Shown: one piece after another, positions 63,782-64,000 of the stretch
How the letters are laid out: every line of letters starts with the position of its first letter
Numbering within the stretch: the stretch's first letter is position 1
DNA from: Octopus sinensis
Taxonomy: Eukaryota
Reading direction: 5' to 3'
Assembly: GCF_006345805.1 (NCBI RefSeq)
Contig: NC_043007.1
Coordinates: forward strand, 28,272,001 to 28,336,000
Length of the DNA: 64,000 nucleotides
Program-made: the position numbers and the translations under genes
The notes under the pieces: model-generated
What the model was told of the DNA's origin: nothing
The model's input: the letters and a program-made list of their open reading frames with translations, nothing else
The model's database searches: none

Positions 63782-64000
63782 ATGTATGGTGGTTGTTTAC
63801 TCCTTATGCAAAGTTTGACCACTTCCTGTACCTACACCTTAACGCCATCATTGTATCTGATGTGGCTTTTTAAACCAGACAATGTTCTGAAAAGACACCC
63901 ACATAGATTGCATATCCGATTTGGACCACCAAGAGCTGCAGATAAGTTCTGATCTTTGTGGATCTTAAAATGTCTTTTGAGGCCTCCGTTAGATTTGTGA

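Overview
AT-rich, repeat-saturated animal genomic DNA. The SINE and RTE families and the (TA)n/(TAA)n/(GAT)n microsatellites suggest an octopus or other coleoid cephalopod (inferred from repeat content). Two divergent host genes are present. A minus-strand DH-domain RhoGEF of the DNMBP/ARHGEF37/38 type has six in-phase coding exons traced from 31862 to 12360 and a putative non-coding first exon near 45.8 kb. A plus-strand globin has its first coding exon at 60258-60487, with a myristoylation-type N-terminus and an intron at the B12.2 position. Most of the rest is nested transposable elements: about 10 RT-containing copies plus several isolated tails of an RTE LINE with a PHD-type finger inside the RT; an RT-deleted RTE with C-terminal C2H2 fingers; R4/Dong relics; a complete but decayed Gypsy element carrying a SINE and a full LINE; a Chapaev3-like transposon; hAT-like and Merlin-like MITEs; Helitrons; and a Penelope GIY-YIG relic. 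The most notable features are two inverted-repeat elements next to (TA)n tracts that encode type I hammerhead ribozymes with very long stem II extensions. One lies in a 484-bp near-perfect palindrome; the other is split at its cleavage site by a minimal LINE tail.
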